A stretch of DNA of 64,000 bases from Alphaproteobacteria bacterium (GCA_963422645.2 CAXXVO010000013.1:64001-128000), one strand, 5' to 3'. Positions 35,134 to 44,067 are shown, numbered from the stretch's first letter. A program made the numbers and translations. Notes: generated by a model not told the origin, from the sequence alone.

Positions 35134-35735
35134 CGCGCCGTCAGCAGCCTGAGACGACCCTGGACCGGCGCACAGCCGTGGCGCTTCTGCTCGAAGGCCG
35201 CGACGACGTGCTGGTGGTCCCGGGCCTCGGGTCTGCGACCTGGGACTGCGCCGCCCTCGGCGACAACCCGCTCCACTTCTCGCTCTGGGGCGCGATGGGC
35301 AACGCGTCGATGATCGGGCTCGGGCTCGCGCTGGCGCAGCCCGCGCGGCGCGTGCTGGTGCTGACTGGCGACGGCGACATGTTGATGGGGCTCGCGAGCC
35401 TCGCCACCATCGCGACTCAGGCGCCGCCCAATCTCGCCCTCGTCGTGCTCGACAACGAGCGTCACGGCGAGACCGGGATGCAGCCCACGCATACCGCGCA
35501 CCAGACCGACCTCGCCGCCGCCGCCGCTGCCTGCGGCTTCGCGGAGGCGCGGCAGGTCGCGGACGAAGCCGGCCTCCGCGCTGCGCTGCCGCTGGTGCAT
35601 GAGACCCCGGGCCCTACCTTCCTCACGGTGAAGGTGCACGCCAAGCCGCTGGCCCGCGTCCTCCCGCCCCGCGACGGCGCTTACCTGAAAGACCGCTTTC
35701 GGGCGGCGCTGCTGGGGCCCGACGCCGTCCTCTAG
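35130..35735 (+). CDS. ThDP-binding decarboxylase beta subunit (ComE-like)
   Basis: GAMG, GDGDMLM...VLDN ThDP motif, ETGMQPT; ATGA overlap with the alpha subunit. Confidence 0.82.
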   Translation: MTRRQQPETTLDRRTAVALLLEGRDDVLVVPGLGSATWDCAALGDNPLHFSLWGAMGNASMIGLGLALAQPARRVLVLTGDGDMLMGLASLATIATQAPPNLALVVLDNERHGETGMQPTHTAHQTDLAAAAAACGFAEARQVADEAGLRAALPLVHETPGPTFLTVKVHAKPLARVLPPRDGAYLKDRFRAALLGPDAVL

Positions 35736-36038
35736 TTTCGGCACCGCATCGTCCGTCTCGACGGAAAGCCGGCGGCTGGAACTTCCCTCCCCTCCCTGCA
35801 CCGTGTTGACTTGCTTGGCCGAGCGTCCCGCCGTTTCCGTCAGGATTTTCTCGAGTCGCAACGCTGATGGGATGCTTCGAGAGGCCGCTCCCTGAACGGC
35901 TAACGCGGGCAGGGCTTGCTCGCAATGCCACCCAGCGCCGACCGACTCTCTCTGTAACTACCCAGGTACCCCAATCCTGAGTTGAGGACGGTGATTATGG
36001 CGGCGGCCGCGGCCTGGTTCTGCCACCGCGATTGGTTC

Positions 36039-36099
36039 TTGACCTCATAGAGTTGCGGGACTATGGACCGCTCTCTCGCGTGACGGGAGCGGTCCATGG
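36039..36099 (+). promoter_or_regulatory. Putative IS promoter overlapping a hairpin that sequesters the RBS and ATG
   Basis: TTGACC-N17-TATGGA (36039-36067). Stem ATGGACCGCTC (36063-36073) / GAGCGGTCCAT (36087-36097) covers the GGGAG SD and the ATG at 36096. Confidence 0.65.
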
Positions 36100-36761
36100 G
36101 GTATTTCGGCTCGAAGGCGACAGCAGGTCTGTGCCAAGCGCTGATTGCGCTGATGCCGCCGCACTCCGTCTACATCGAAAGCCACCTTGGGGGCGGGGCG
36201 CTGATGAAGCGCAAGCCGCCGGCCGTGCGTTCGATCGGCATCGACCGCGATGCGCAGGCGCTCGAGGCCTTCGTCTGCGACTACCCGGTCGATCTGGTTC
36301 ACGGCTGTGCCCATGACTTCCTGGCCTCGTTCCCGTTCCTGGGCCCGGAGCTGGTTTACAGCGATCCGCCCTATCTGCACGCGACCCGCCGCTCGGCGCA
36401 GCGCTACCGCTTCGAGTACGAGGAGGCCGGCCACGTCGCGCTTCTCGCGCTGCTCAAGGCTCTGCCCTGCCAGGTCATGATCTCGGGCCATCCGTCGGCG
36501 CTCTATGACGAGGTGCTGGCGGGATGGCGCCGGCTGGCGCTGCAGGTCACGACCCAGGGTCTGGTGCGAACCGAGGTCGTCTGGTTCAACTACGCCCCCG
36601 ACCGGATGCATTGGGCCAGCCACGCAGGCCGGAACTTCACCGACCGCCAGCGCATCAAGCGCAAGGCAGCCAACTGGGGCCGGCGCTACCAGGCCTTGCC
36701 GCCGGGCGAACGCCTCGCCGTGCTCGCCGCCATGATGGCCGTCGAGGCCGAAGACACGTGA
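36096..36761 (+). CDS. Compact D12/Dam-like N6-adenine DNA methyltransferase
   Basis: Motif X YFGSK, motif I YIESHLGGGA, IGID, motif IV YSDPPY, VMISG, RTEVVWFNY; 221 aa. Confidence 0.85.
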   Translation: MGYFGSKATAGLCQALIALMPPHSVYIESHLGGGALMKRKPPAVRSIGIDRDAQALEAFVCDYPVDLVHGCAHDFLASFPFLGPELVYSDPPYLHATRRSAQRYRFEYEEAGHVALLALLKALPCQVMISGHPSALYDEVLAGWRRLALQVTTQGLVRTEVVWFNYAPDRMHWASHAGRNFTDRQRIKRKAANWGRRYQALPPGERLAVLAAMMAVEAEDT

Positions 36762-38296
36762 CGGTGTCGCACTGGCACGAAGACCTCGCCGCCCGTAACG
36801 AGGCCTTCTGCTGCCTGAAGGAGCTTCTCGAGCCATCATCCCTCGCAACCACTGTCGTCGTTGCCGTCCGGGAATGGGGGCAGGGGCTGCTGCGATCAGC
36901 CACCGCGCTCGCCCGGGAAAATGCCGCACTCGAGCAGGAGAACGCGGCCCTGCGCGAGCGCATCGCCGAACTCGAGCGCAGCGCGGCCCTCAACAGCACC
37001 ACAAGCAGCAAGCCCCCCGCCAGCGACGGGCTCAAGAAGAAAAGCGGAGCCCAGAGGCGCACCCAAAGCCAGCGCGGAAAGTCCGGCGGGCCCAGTGGCG
37101 GCCAGCCCGGCCACAAGGGAACCACCCTCGCGCGGAGCGACAGCCCGGACCGTGTCGTCGATCACCACCCCTCCACCTGTTCCGGCTGTGGCGTCGAGCT
37201 CTCGGACGCCGACCGGCAAGGCGCGCCCGCCTGTCGGCAGGTCTTCGACGTACCCGAGCCGCAGCCTCTCGAGGTCACCGAACACCGCGCCCATCGCTGC
37301 CTCTGCGGCGCATGCGGCACGCTGACACGAGCCGCCTTCCCGCCGGGCGTCACCGCCCCGGTCCAGTACGGCCCTCGCATCACCGCTTGGGTGAGTTACC
37401 TGCTGTACGCCCAGTTCGTGCCCGAGAAGCGTCTGGCCGAACTCATGAGCGACATCTTCGCGGTGTCCATCTCCACTGCCACGATCGCCGCCATGGGCCG
37501 GCGCACAGCGCAGCGCTTCGAGGGCTTCCTCGACCATGTCGCCGATCTGATCCGCACGCAGGCGCCGGTCAAGCACCTCGACGAGACCGGCCTGCGTATC
37601 GCCGCCCGTACCCGCTGGCTCCATGTGCTGTGCACCCCGTTGCTCACCGTCCTGCGCATCGGCGAGGGACGCGGCGATGTCGAAAAGAACCTGAAAGGCA
37701 TCCTCGTCCACGACGACTTCGCCCCCTACTTCACCATCAAGGGCGTCCGCCACGGCGCCTGCAACGCACATCACCTGCGCGAACTCCAGGCCCTGATCGA
37801 CATCGAGAAGGAGGAATGGGCGGCGAGCATGCACCGCCTGCTTCAGCGCGCGCGCAGGGCCGCCCGCTTCGCCCGTGAGAAAGACCGTCAAGTCCCCGCC
37901 TCCCTGGTGGCCCGCATCTCAAGGGCATGGGACCGTATCCTCGAAGAAGCCATCGCCTTCCATGAGGCCCAACCGCCGCTCCAGATCGCAAAGCGAGGGC
38001 GAAAGAAACGCCGCATCGGCCACAACCTCGCGCGCCGCCTTCAAAAGCATAAGGAGGGCTGCCTGCGCTTCCTCACCGACATGCGCACGCCGTTCACGAA
38101 TAACGAGGCGGAGCGTGACATCCGTATGAACAAAGTGCATGAGAAGATCTCAGGCGGCTTCCGCTCCCTGCAAGGCGCCTGCAACTTCGCCGGAATGCGC
38201 AGCGTCATCGTCACCGCTCGAAAGCAAGGCTGGAACATCCTGCAAATCCTGGCGCACCCGGAACCGATGCAGCTGATCCCTATACTGCGCTCCTGA
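36758..38296 (+). CDS. tnpC: IS66-family DDE transposase (TnpC)
   Basis: Coiled coil, NSTTSSKPPASD, GGQPGHKG, CSGC/CGAC zinc finger, HLDETG, LVHDD, CNAHHLREL, FTNNEAERDIR. The GTG start overlaps the MTase TGA. Confidence 0.93.
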   Translation: MTVSHWHEDLAARNEAFCCLKELLEPSSLATTVVVAVREWGQGLLRSATALARENAALEQENAALRERIAELERSAALNSTTSSKPPASDGLKKKSGAQRRTQSQRGKSGGPSGGQPGHKGTTLARSDSPDRVVDHHPSTCSGCGVELSDADRQGAPACRQVFDVPEPQPLEVTEHRAHRCLCGACGTLTRAAFPPGVTAPVQYGPRITAWVSYLLYAQFVPEKRLAELMSDIFAVSISTATIAAMGRRTAQRFEGFLDHVADLIRTQAPVKHLDETGLRIAARTRWLHVLCTPLLTVLRIGEGRGDVEKNLKGILVHDDFAPYFTIKGVRHGACNAHHLRELQALIDIEKEEWAASMHRLLQRARRAARFAREKDRQVPASLVARISRAWDRILEEAIAFHEAQPPLQIAKRGRKKRRIGHNLARRLQKHKEGCLRFLTDMRTPFTNNEAERDIRMNKVHEKISGGFRSLQGACNFAGMRSVIVTARKQGWNILQILAHPEPMQLIPILRS

Positions 38297-38591
38297 ACTT
38301 CTCCGGCTCATCCTGAGTATCGCTGTCCTCTCATCTTGTTCGCGACGCGGCGTTCATCATCCTCTCGCGCTCAAGAGAGTAGGCACCCCCGCGGCGTGGG
38401 GGCGTTGACGCAAAAGGAACTGGCTTGTTCCATAAGAGAGAGGGGGTACCTGGGCAGTTACCTCTCTCTGCTTGTTGTTAAGCGTGGAAAAGTGACCCCC
38501 TATTGGGGGTGATCGGCGTCCAAAATTGACCCCCTTGGATTTGTGTCCATGAACACACCTCGTCGTTTGGACGGACGGGGTGGTGGGGGAG

Positions 38592-40106
38592 ATGCTGGTT
38601 GTGGAAACGATCGCGAAGATCCGTCGGGATCATCTGGTGAAGGGCGTTCCGATCAAGAAGCTCGCCCGGGATTTGAGGGTTTCCAAGAACACGATACGCA
38701 AGGTGGTGCGGGGCGATGCGACCTCGCACAGCTACGAGCGCAAGATCCAGCCGATGCCGAAGCTTGGGCTGTGGGTGGAGGAGCTTGAGCGCCAGCTGAA
38801 GGCCAACGAGAAGAAGGCACGCAAGGATCGGCTGTCTCTTCTGCGGATTCATGAAGACCTTGTGTCGCTGGGCTACAAGGGCGGCTATGACGCGGTTCGC
38901 CGCTATGCCAGGGCCTGGCGGCGCCGGTGGCGGCTGTTGTCGCCGGCGCAGGCCTATGTGCCGCTGATCTTCGATCCCGGCGAGGCCTACCAGTTCGACT
39001 GGAGCCACGAGTACGCGCGTCTGTCGGGCGCGACGACCAGGGTGAAGGCGGCGCACATGCGGCTGTGCCACAGCCGGATGTATCTGGTCCAGATCTTTCC
39101 CCGCGAGAGCCAGGAGATGGTCTTCGAGGCGCACGAGCGTGCCTTCCGCTTCTTCGGCGGGGTCTGCCGGCGGGGCATCTACGACAACATGAAGACGGCG
39201 GTGAGCACGATCTTCGTGGGCAAGAAGCGGGACTACAACCGCCGCTTCCAGGAGCTGTGCTCGCACCATCTGGTGGAGCCTGTGGCGTGCACGCCAGGGG
39301 CTGGCTGGGAGAAGGGGCAGGTCGAGAAGCAGGTGGGTGACCTTCGCGGCCGCCTGTTCGTGCCCATCCCGCGGGGCCGCTCCTACGCCGAGATCAACGA
39401 GTGGCTGATGGATCGGTGCATCGAGGACGCCAAGAAGCATCCGCATCCGACAATCCCGGGCAAGACGGTGTGGCAGGTGTTCGAGGAGGAGCAGCCCTTC
39501 CTGATGGCGTATCGCGGCCCCTTCGACGGCTTCCATGCCAGCGAGGTGTCGGTCTCGAAGACCTGTCTGGTGCGCTTCGACAACAACCAGTACAGCGTCG
39601 CGGCCCGCGCCGTCGGCCGGCCGGTGGACGTGCGGGCCTATGCCGATCGGATCGTCATCCGCCAGGACGGCGAGACCGTTGCCGAGCACCCCCGCAGCTT
39701 CGGGCGCGGCCGGTTCGTCTACGATCCGTGGCATTACGTGCCGATCCTGACGCGGAAGCCCGGCGCGCTACGCAATGGCGCGCCCTTCAAGGACTGGCAG
39801 TTGCCCAACGCGCTCGGCCGCCTGCGAACCCGGCTCGCGGGCCACGACGACGGCGACCGGCAGTTCGTCAAGGTGCTCGCGGCGGTGCTGGAGGACGGAC
39901 TGGAGGCGGTTGAGGCGGCCTGTGCCGAGACGCTCGACTGCGGTGCCTGCAGCGCCGACGTGGTGCTCAACATCCTCGCCCGGCAGCGCCAGCCGGCACC
40001 GCCGGCAATCATCCCGACGCCCGAGGGCCTGCAGCTTCGCCACAAGCCGGTAGCCGACTGTCAGCGCTACGACAGCCTGAGGGAGGCCGGTCATGGAGCG
40101 TCATGA
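38592..40106 (+). CDS. istA: IS21 transposase IstA
   Basis: N-terminal HTH ([17 protein letters not shown]), [32 protein letters not shown]. Confidence 0.95.
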   Translation: MLVVETIAKIRRDHLVKGVPIKKLARDLRVSKNTIRKVVRGDATSHSYERKIQPMPKLGLWVEELERQLKANEKKARKDRLSLLRIHEDLVSLGYKGGYDAVRRYARAWRRRWRLLSPAQAYVPLIFDPGEAYQFDWSHEYARLSGATTRVKAAHMRLCHSRMYLVQIFPRESQEMVFEAHERAFRFFGGVCRRGIYDNMKTAVSTIFVGKKRDYNRRFQELCSHHLVEPVACTPGAGWEKGQVEKQVGDLRGRLFVPIPRGRSYAEINEWLMDRCIEDAKKHPHPTIPGKTVWQVFEEEQPFLMAYRGPFDGFHASEVSVSKTCLVRFDNNQYSVAARAVGRPVDVRAYADRIVIRQDGETVAEHPRSFGRGRFVYDPWHYVPILTRKPGALRNGAPFKDWQLPNALGRLRTRLAGHDDGDRQFVKVLAAVLEDGLEAVEAACAETLDCGACSADVVLNILARQRQPAPPAIIPTPEGLQLRHKPVADCQRYDSLREAGHGAS

Positions 40107-40821
40107 TGTGCTGGAGATGATGACCCAGCTGAAGCTCGCAGGTATGCGCGCCGCTTACGACGACATCCTTGCCGACGGGCTCAAGCGCCGCCATCCGGTG
40201 CAACAGATCATCGGTACGCTGCTGCAGGTCGAGATCGCCGACAAGAGGGCCCGCTCGATCAAGTACCAGATGGCCTCCGCCAAGCTGCCGACGGTCAAGG
40301 AGCTGGCCGACTTCGACTTCGCCGCCTCGCCGGTCAACGAGCCCCTGATCCAGGAGCTCGCCGGCGGCGGCTTCCTCGAGGGCAAACGCAACATCGTGCT
40401 GGTCGGCGGCACCGGTACCGGCAAGACCCATCTCGCCGTCGCCATCGCGCGGTCCTGCATCCGCAAGGGCGCGCGCGGCCGGTGCTACAACGTCGTCGAC
40501 CTGGTCAACCTCCTCGAGGCCGAGCTTCGCGCCGGACGCCAGGGCCGCACTGCAGACCAGCTCGTCCGCCGCGACTTCGTCATCCTCGACGAGCTCGGCT
40601 ACCTGCCCTTCGCCCAGGCCGGTGGGCAGCTGCTCTTCCATCTGATGAGCCGGCTCTACGAGCGCACCTCGATCGTCATCACCACAAACCTCGCCTTCGG
40701 CGAATGGCCATCCGTCTTCGGCGACCCCAAGATGACCACAGCGCTGCTCGATCGCCTCACCCATCATTGCGAGATCATCGAGACCGGCAACGAGAGCTGG
40801 CGCTTCAAGAACCGCTCCTGA
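40093..40821 (+). CDS. istB: IS21 helper ATPase IstB
   Basis: [37 protein letters not shown]. Confidence 0.96.
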   Translation: MERHDVLEMMTQLKLAGMRAAYDDILADGLKRRHPVQQIIGTLLQVEIADKRARSIKYQMASAKLPTVKELADFDFAASPVNEPLIQELAGGGFLEGKRNIVLVGGTGTGKTHLAVAIARSCIRKGARGRCYNVVDLVNLLEAELRAGRQGRTADQLVRRDFVILDELGYLPFAQAGGQLLFHLMSRLYERTSIVITTNLAFGEWPSVFGDPKMTTALLDRLTHHCEIIETGNESWRFKNRS

Positions 40822-41175
40822 CCCGCCGCCGGCCTCCCTTGCGGCCCGGTTGCCCCGGTGGGCCAACAGGGACCCCCCACGCGGCTTCGCTCCGCGTAGC
40901 GCAGGGCGCCACACGAAGCCGCGCGGGTCCCCCCTATTGGCTACCGGGACAACCTCCGCCGTGCCACTCAGGGGGGTCAATTTTGCACGCCGATCGGGGG
41001 TCAGTATTGAAAGCCGATTGACACTCTGCACGGCCCGATTCGCAAAGACTTCCGTCCGCACGCCAGCCGCCGCACCGCCACCGTGCCGCCGCGCATCCCC
41101 TTGAGATTCCGCCACCTTCCGCCCGATTCCGCCTGATTCCACCCCTTGACCCGATTCACAACGACTTTCGTCCGT

Positions 41176-41520
41176 CTACACGCTCATCGCCGCGTTCTTG
41201 CCCGCCGCATTTCCCTCGGGCACCACCAGCGTCGCGGCGAGGCCGAGGCGGGTCGCGGCGTAGGCGATGCTCTGGCCGTGGTTGCCCCTGGTGGCGGCGA
41301 TCACGCCGGCGGCCTGGCCGTGCCGGCGCAGATCGTCCATGTAGACGAGGCCGCCCCGCACCTTGAAGGCGCAGATCGGGGTGTGGTTCTCGTGCTTGAC
41401 CCAAACCTTGGCCCCGGTGCGTTGCGCCAGCAGCGGCCAGGGGATTTGCGGCGTGGGGTCGAGGGTCTCGTGAACGAATGCAGCGGCCTCCTGGAATTCG
41501 GCCAACGTGGGCAGGCGCAT
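41176..41520 (-). pseudogene. Truncated PLP-dependent threonine dehydratase-like gene (N-terminal 114 aa only)
   Basis: KHENHTPICAFKVRGG (PLP lysine) and ATRGNHGQS are present, then a stop right after KNAAMSV; the rest of the fold is missing. Confidence 0.85.
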
Positions 41521-41709
41521 GGCGATGCTCCCCTGGGTCGGTGGCGGCGCACTATAGCAGGCGCGGACAATCCGCCGGCGAATCCCGCTCTTGGCGAATT
41601 GTTTTCGTGCGCGCGCGGTTGAATGGAGCGCGCGCAAGGGCACGACGCAGGCCGTGGCCCCGGTGAGAATTGCGAGCTGGAGCGGGAGCGGACCGTCGCG
41701 GATCGAGGT

Positions 41710-42156
41710 CTACGACGCGGCGCCCCCGTCGCGGCCCTCGAAGGCCTGCAGCTTCTCCACCAGCTCGGCGGGCAGCGGCGCCGGGCGGTGCGTGGTCTGA
41801 TTGGTGTTGACCCACACCACCTCGCCCGAGGCGAGCCCTTCGTCCCGCCCCTTCGAGTAGATCTCCAGGCCGAAGGTGAGGCTGGTGCGGCCGATCCGCG
41901 CCGAACGCACGCCGACCTCAATCTCGTCGTCGAAGCGGATCGGAGCGTAGTACTCCACCAGGGTCTTGACCGTGTGGTAGTCCTCGCCCCTGCGTTCCAC
42001 CTGCCCTTGGTAGTCGTAGGGGAGCGCGCGGAAAAACTCGGTGATCGCGGTATCGAAATAGGTCAGGTAGTGGGCGTTGAAGACGAGCATCTGCCCATCG
42101 ACCTCCGCATACCTCACCCGAAACGGGAAGAAGTACGAAAACTCCGATCGTGCCAT
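41710..42156 (-). CDS. Acyl-CoA thioesterase (4HBT/YbgC hotdog family)
   Basis: RVRYAEVDGQMLVFNAHYLTYFD. Confidence 0.88.
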   Translation of the reverse strand: MARSEFSYFFPFRVRYAEVDGQMLVFNAHYLTYFDTAITEFFRALPYDYQGQVERRGEDYHTVKTLVEYYAPIRFDDEIEVGVRSARIGRTSLTFGLEIYSKGRDEGLASGEVVWVNTNQTTHRPAPLPAELVEKLQAFEGRDGGAAS

Positions 42157-42366
42157 TCGGGTACCCTTTTCGATCGCCGCGGCCTCACGCCATCGGCAGG
42201 CAGACCGTGCCGCCGGCCCCTGATCCGCGCCGAGGGTTGAGGCCAGTCTGGACTGCCTCGTGCGGAGCAGTCATCCTCGCGGCCCCACAGGGCCCGAGGA
42301 CGCCGGGCCCGCGAGACTATGCCATGACTGCCCCATTCAGATAGACCCAAAACCCGGTAGACCGCG

Positions 42367-43134
42367 ATGTCCTCCCTCTTCGATCTCACTGGCAAGACCG
42401 CCGTCGTCACCGGCTCCACCAAGGGGATCGGCAAGGCCATCGCGCGGGCGCTGGCCCAGCACGGCGCGCGGGTGGTCGTTTCCAGCCGGGACGCGGGCCG
42501 GGTCGAGGCGACCGCGCGGGAGCTGAGCGATGAGGGGTTCTCGGTCCTGGGCCTCGCCTGCAACGTCGGGCGCAAGGCCGAGCTGGAGCGCCTGATCGAG
42601 GAGAGCCGCAAGGCGCTCGGACAGATCGACATCATCGTCGGCAACGCCGCCATCAACCCGCACTACGGCTCGTTCGCGGACATCTCGGACGATGCCTTCG
42701 CCAAGATCATGGCGACCAACGTCCAGTCCAACCTCTGGCTCGCGCAGCTGGTGGCGGGCGAGATGCGCGAGCGGAAGGACGGCGCGATCATCTACGTCTC
42801 CTCGATCGGGGGCACCATCGGCTCCGACGTGATCGGCGCCTACTGCATCTCTAAGGCGGCCGACCTTCAGCTCGTGCGCAACCTCGCGGTCGAGCTGGGG
42901 CCGCACAACATCCGGGTCAACGCCATCACCCCCGGTCTCGTACGCACGGATATGGCGCGCGCGCTCTGGGAGGACGAGGTGCGCGCGGCGGACCGGATCG
43001 CGCACACGCCGCTGCGACGGCTCGGCGAGCCCGAGGACATCGCGGGCATCGCGGTCTATCTGGCCTCGGACGCCGGCCGCTGGACCACCGGCCAGAGCTT
43101 CGTCGTGGACGGCGGCACGTCGATCGCGGGTTAG
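42367..43134 (+). CDS. SDR-family oxidoreductase
   Basis: TGSTKGIG, NAA, YCISK, VNAITPG, DGG. Confidence 0.93.
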   Translation: MSSLFDLTGKTAVVTGSTKGIGKAIARALAQHGARVVVSSRDAGRVEATARELSDEGFSVLGLACNVGRKAELERLIEESRKALGQIDIIVGNAAINPHYGSFADISDDAFAKIMATNVQSNLWLAQLVAGEMRERKDGAIIYVSSIGGTIGSDVIGAYCISKAADLQLVRNLAVELGPHNIRVNAITPGLVRTDMARALWEDEVRAADRIAHTPLRRLGEPEDIAGIAVYLASDAGRWTTGQSFVVDGGTSIAG

Positions 43135-43140
43135 TTCTCG

Positions 43141-44067
43141 TTAGGGAGCGGCCACGACCTCGTGGCCTTCTGCCGCGAGCCGCTGGCCGAGCGCGGCGAT
43201 GTGGCCGGGCCCGATCTCGCAGCAGCCGCCGACGATCGCAGCGCCCGCGGCGACCCAGCCCATCGCGTGGCCCGCATAGGCTGCCGGGCCCAGGTCGTCG
43301 CGCGCCTCCAGCACCTCGACGGTGCCGCCCGGCTGCAGGGCGCCGATGGAGACGAAGCCGTTGGCGTAGCCGCCGAAGGGGACACCGATGCCGGCCAGCA
43401 GCGGCATGGCGGCGGCAACCGCCTCGGGGCTGGAGCAGTTGATCAGCACCGCGTCCGCGCCCGCGTCCACGGCGGCCTGCGCGCCTTCGGCAACCCCCTC
43501 GCCCGAGCGTAGCAGGGTGCCGTCGGCATCGTTGACCGAGAGCGCCGTCCAGACTGGCTTGCCGCTCTCGCGCGCCGCCACGGTCGCCGCGCGGGCCTCC
43601 GCCGCCGACAACATGGTCTCGCACAGGAAGAGATCGACCCGGTCCGCCTGCACGGCGACGATTCTGCGGTAGTGCGCGAGGCATTCGTCTTCGGGCGGGG
43701 TCAGGTCCGGCCTGTAGCTGCCGACCAGCGGCGGCAGGCAGCCGGCGATCCTGACCGCCTGCCCGCTCCTGTCGCGTGCGGCCTCTGCGGCGCTGAGCGC
43801 CGCATCGTGCAAGGCCTCGAACATGTCGGCCTTGCCCGCGCGGTCGAGCCTGGGCGGCGTCGCCGTGTAGGTGTTCACCGTGACGATCCGCGCGCCGGCC
43901 TCGATGAAGTCGAGATGCACGGCCGCGACCAGCTCCGGCTCGTCCATCATCACCTGGACGGACCAGAGCGGCGCCGCCGGCCGCGTGCTCCGGCGATAGA
44001 GCTCCTGCCCGACACCGCCATCGAGGAGGACGATCGTCTTGCGCCGCGCCGCCGAGCTTTCCGTCAT
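43141..44067 (-). CDS. Homocysteine S-methyltransferase family protein
   Basis: LLDGGVG, NTY, INCS and GGCC zinc ligands, YANG. Confidence 0.9.
   Translation of the reverse strand: MTESSAARRKTIVLLDGGVGQELYRRSTRPAAPLWSVQVMMDEPELVAAVHLDFIEAGARIVTVNTYTATPPRLDRAGKADMFEALHDAALSAAEAARDRSGQAVRIAGCLPPLVGSYRPDLTPPEDECLAHYRRIVAVQADRVDLFLCETMLSAAEARAATVAARESGKPVWTALSVNDADGTLLRSGEGVAEGAQAAVDAGADAVLINCSSPEAVAAAMPLLAGIGVPFGGYANGFVSIGALQPGGTVEVLEARDDLGPAAYAGHAMGWVAAGAAIVGGCCEIGPGHIAALGQRLAAEGHEVVAAP

Larger units (their letters stand above)
35954..38461 (+). mobile_element. IS66-family element (single-transposase, ISBst12-like) carrying a DNA methyltransferase gene
   Basis: IRL GTAACTACCCAGGTACCCC (35954-35972); IRR reverse complement GTAACTGCCCAGGTACCCC (38443-38461), 18/19 identical. 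8-bp direct repeats CTCTCTCT at 35946-35953 and 38462-38469. Confidence 0.95.
38473..41023 (+). mobile_element. IS21-family insertion sequence
   Basis: TG...CA ends with TGACCCCC at offset 21 in both; internal repeats CGGCGT(C/G)CAAAATTGACCCC at both ends; near-duplication CTCTGC(T/A) flanking. Confidence 0.92.

Noticed and set aside
35749-35758. 10-bp direct match TCGTCCGTCT with 41168-41177 as a possible boundary of a larger element
   Set aside because: Short, in direct rather than inverted orientation, and internal to the putative TGT end; compatible with chance.
35954-41023. IS66 plus IS21 as one composite transposon, or the MTase as part of a restriction-modification system
   Set aside because: Each IS has its own ends and its own target duplication; no endonuclease gene is adjacent to the MTase.
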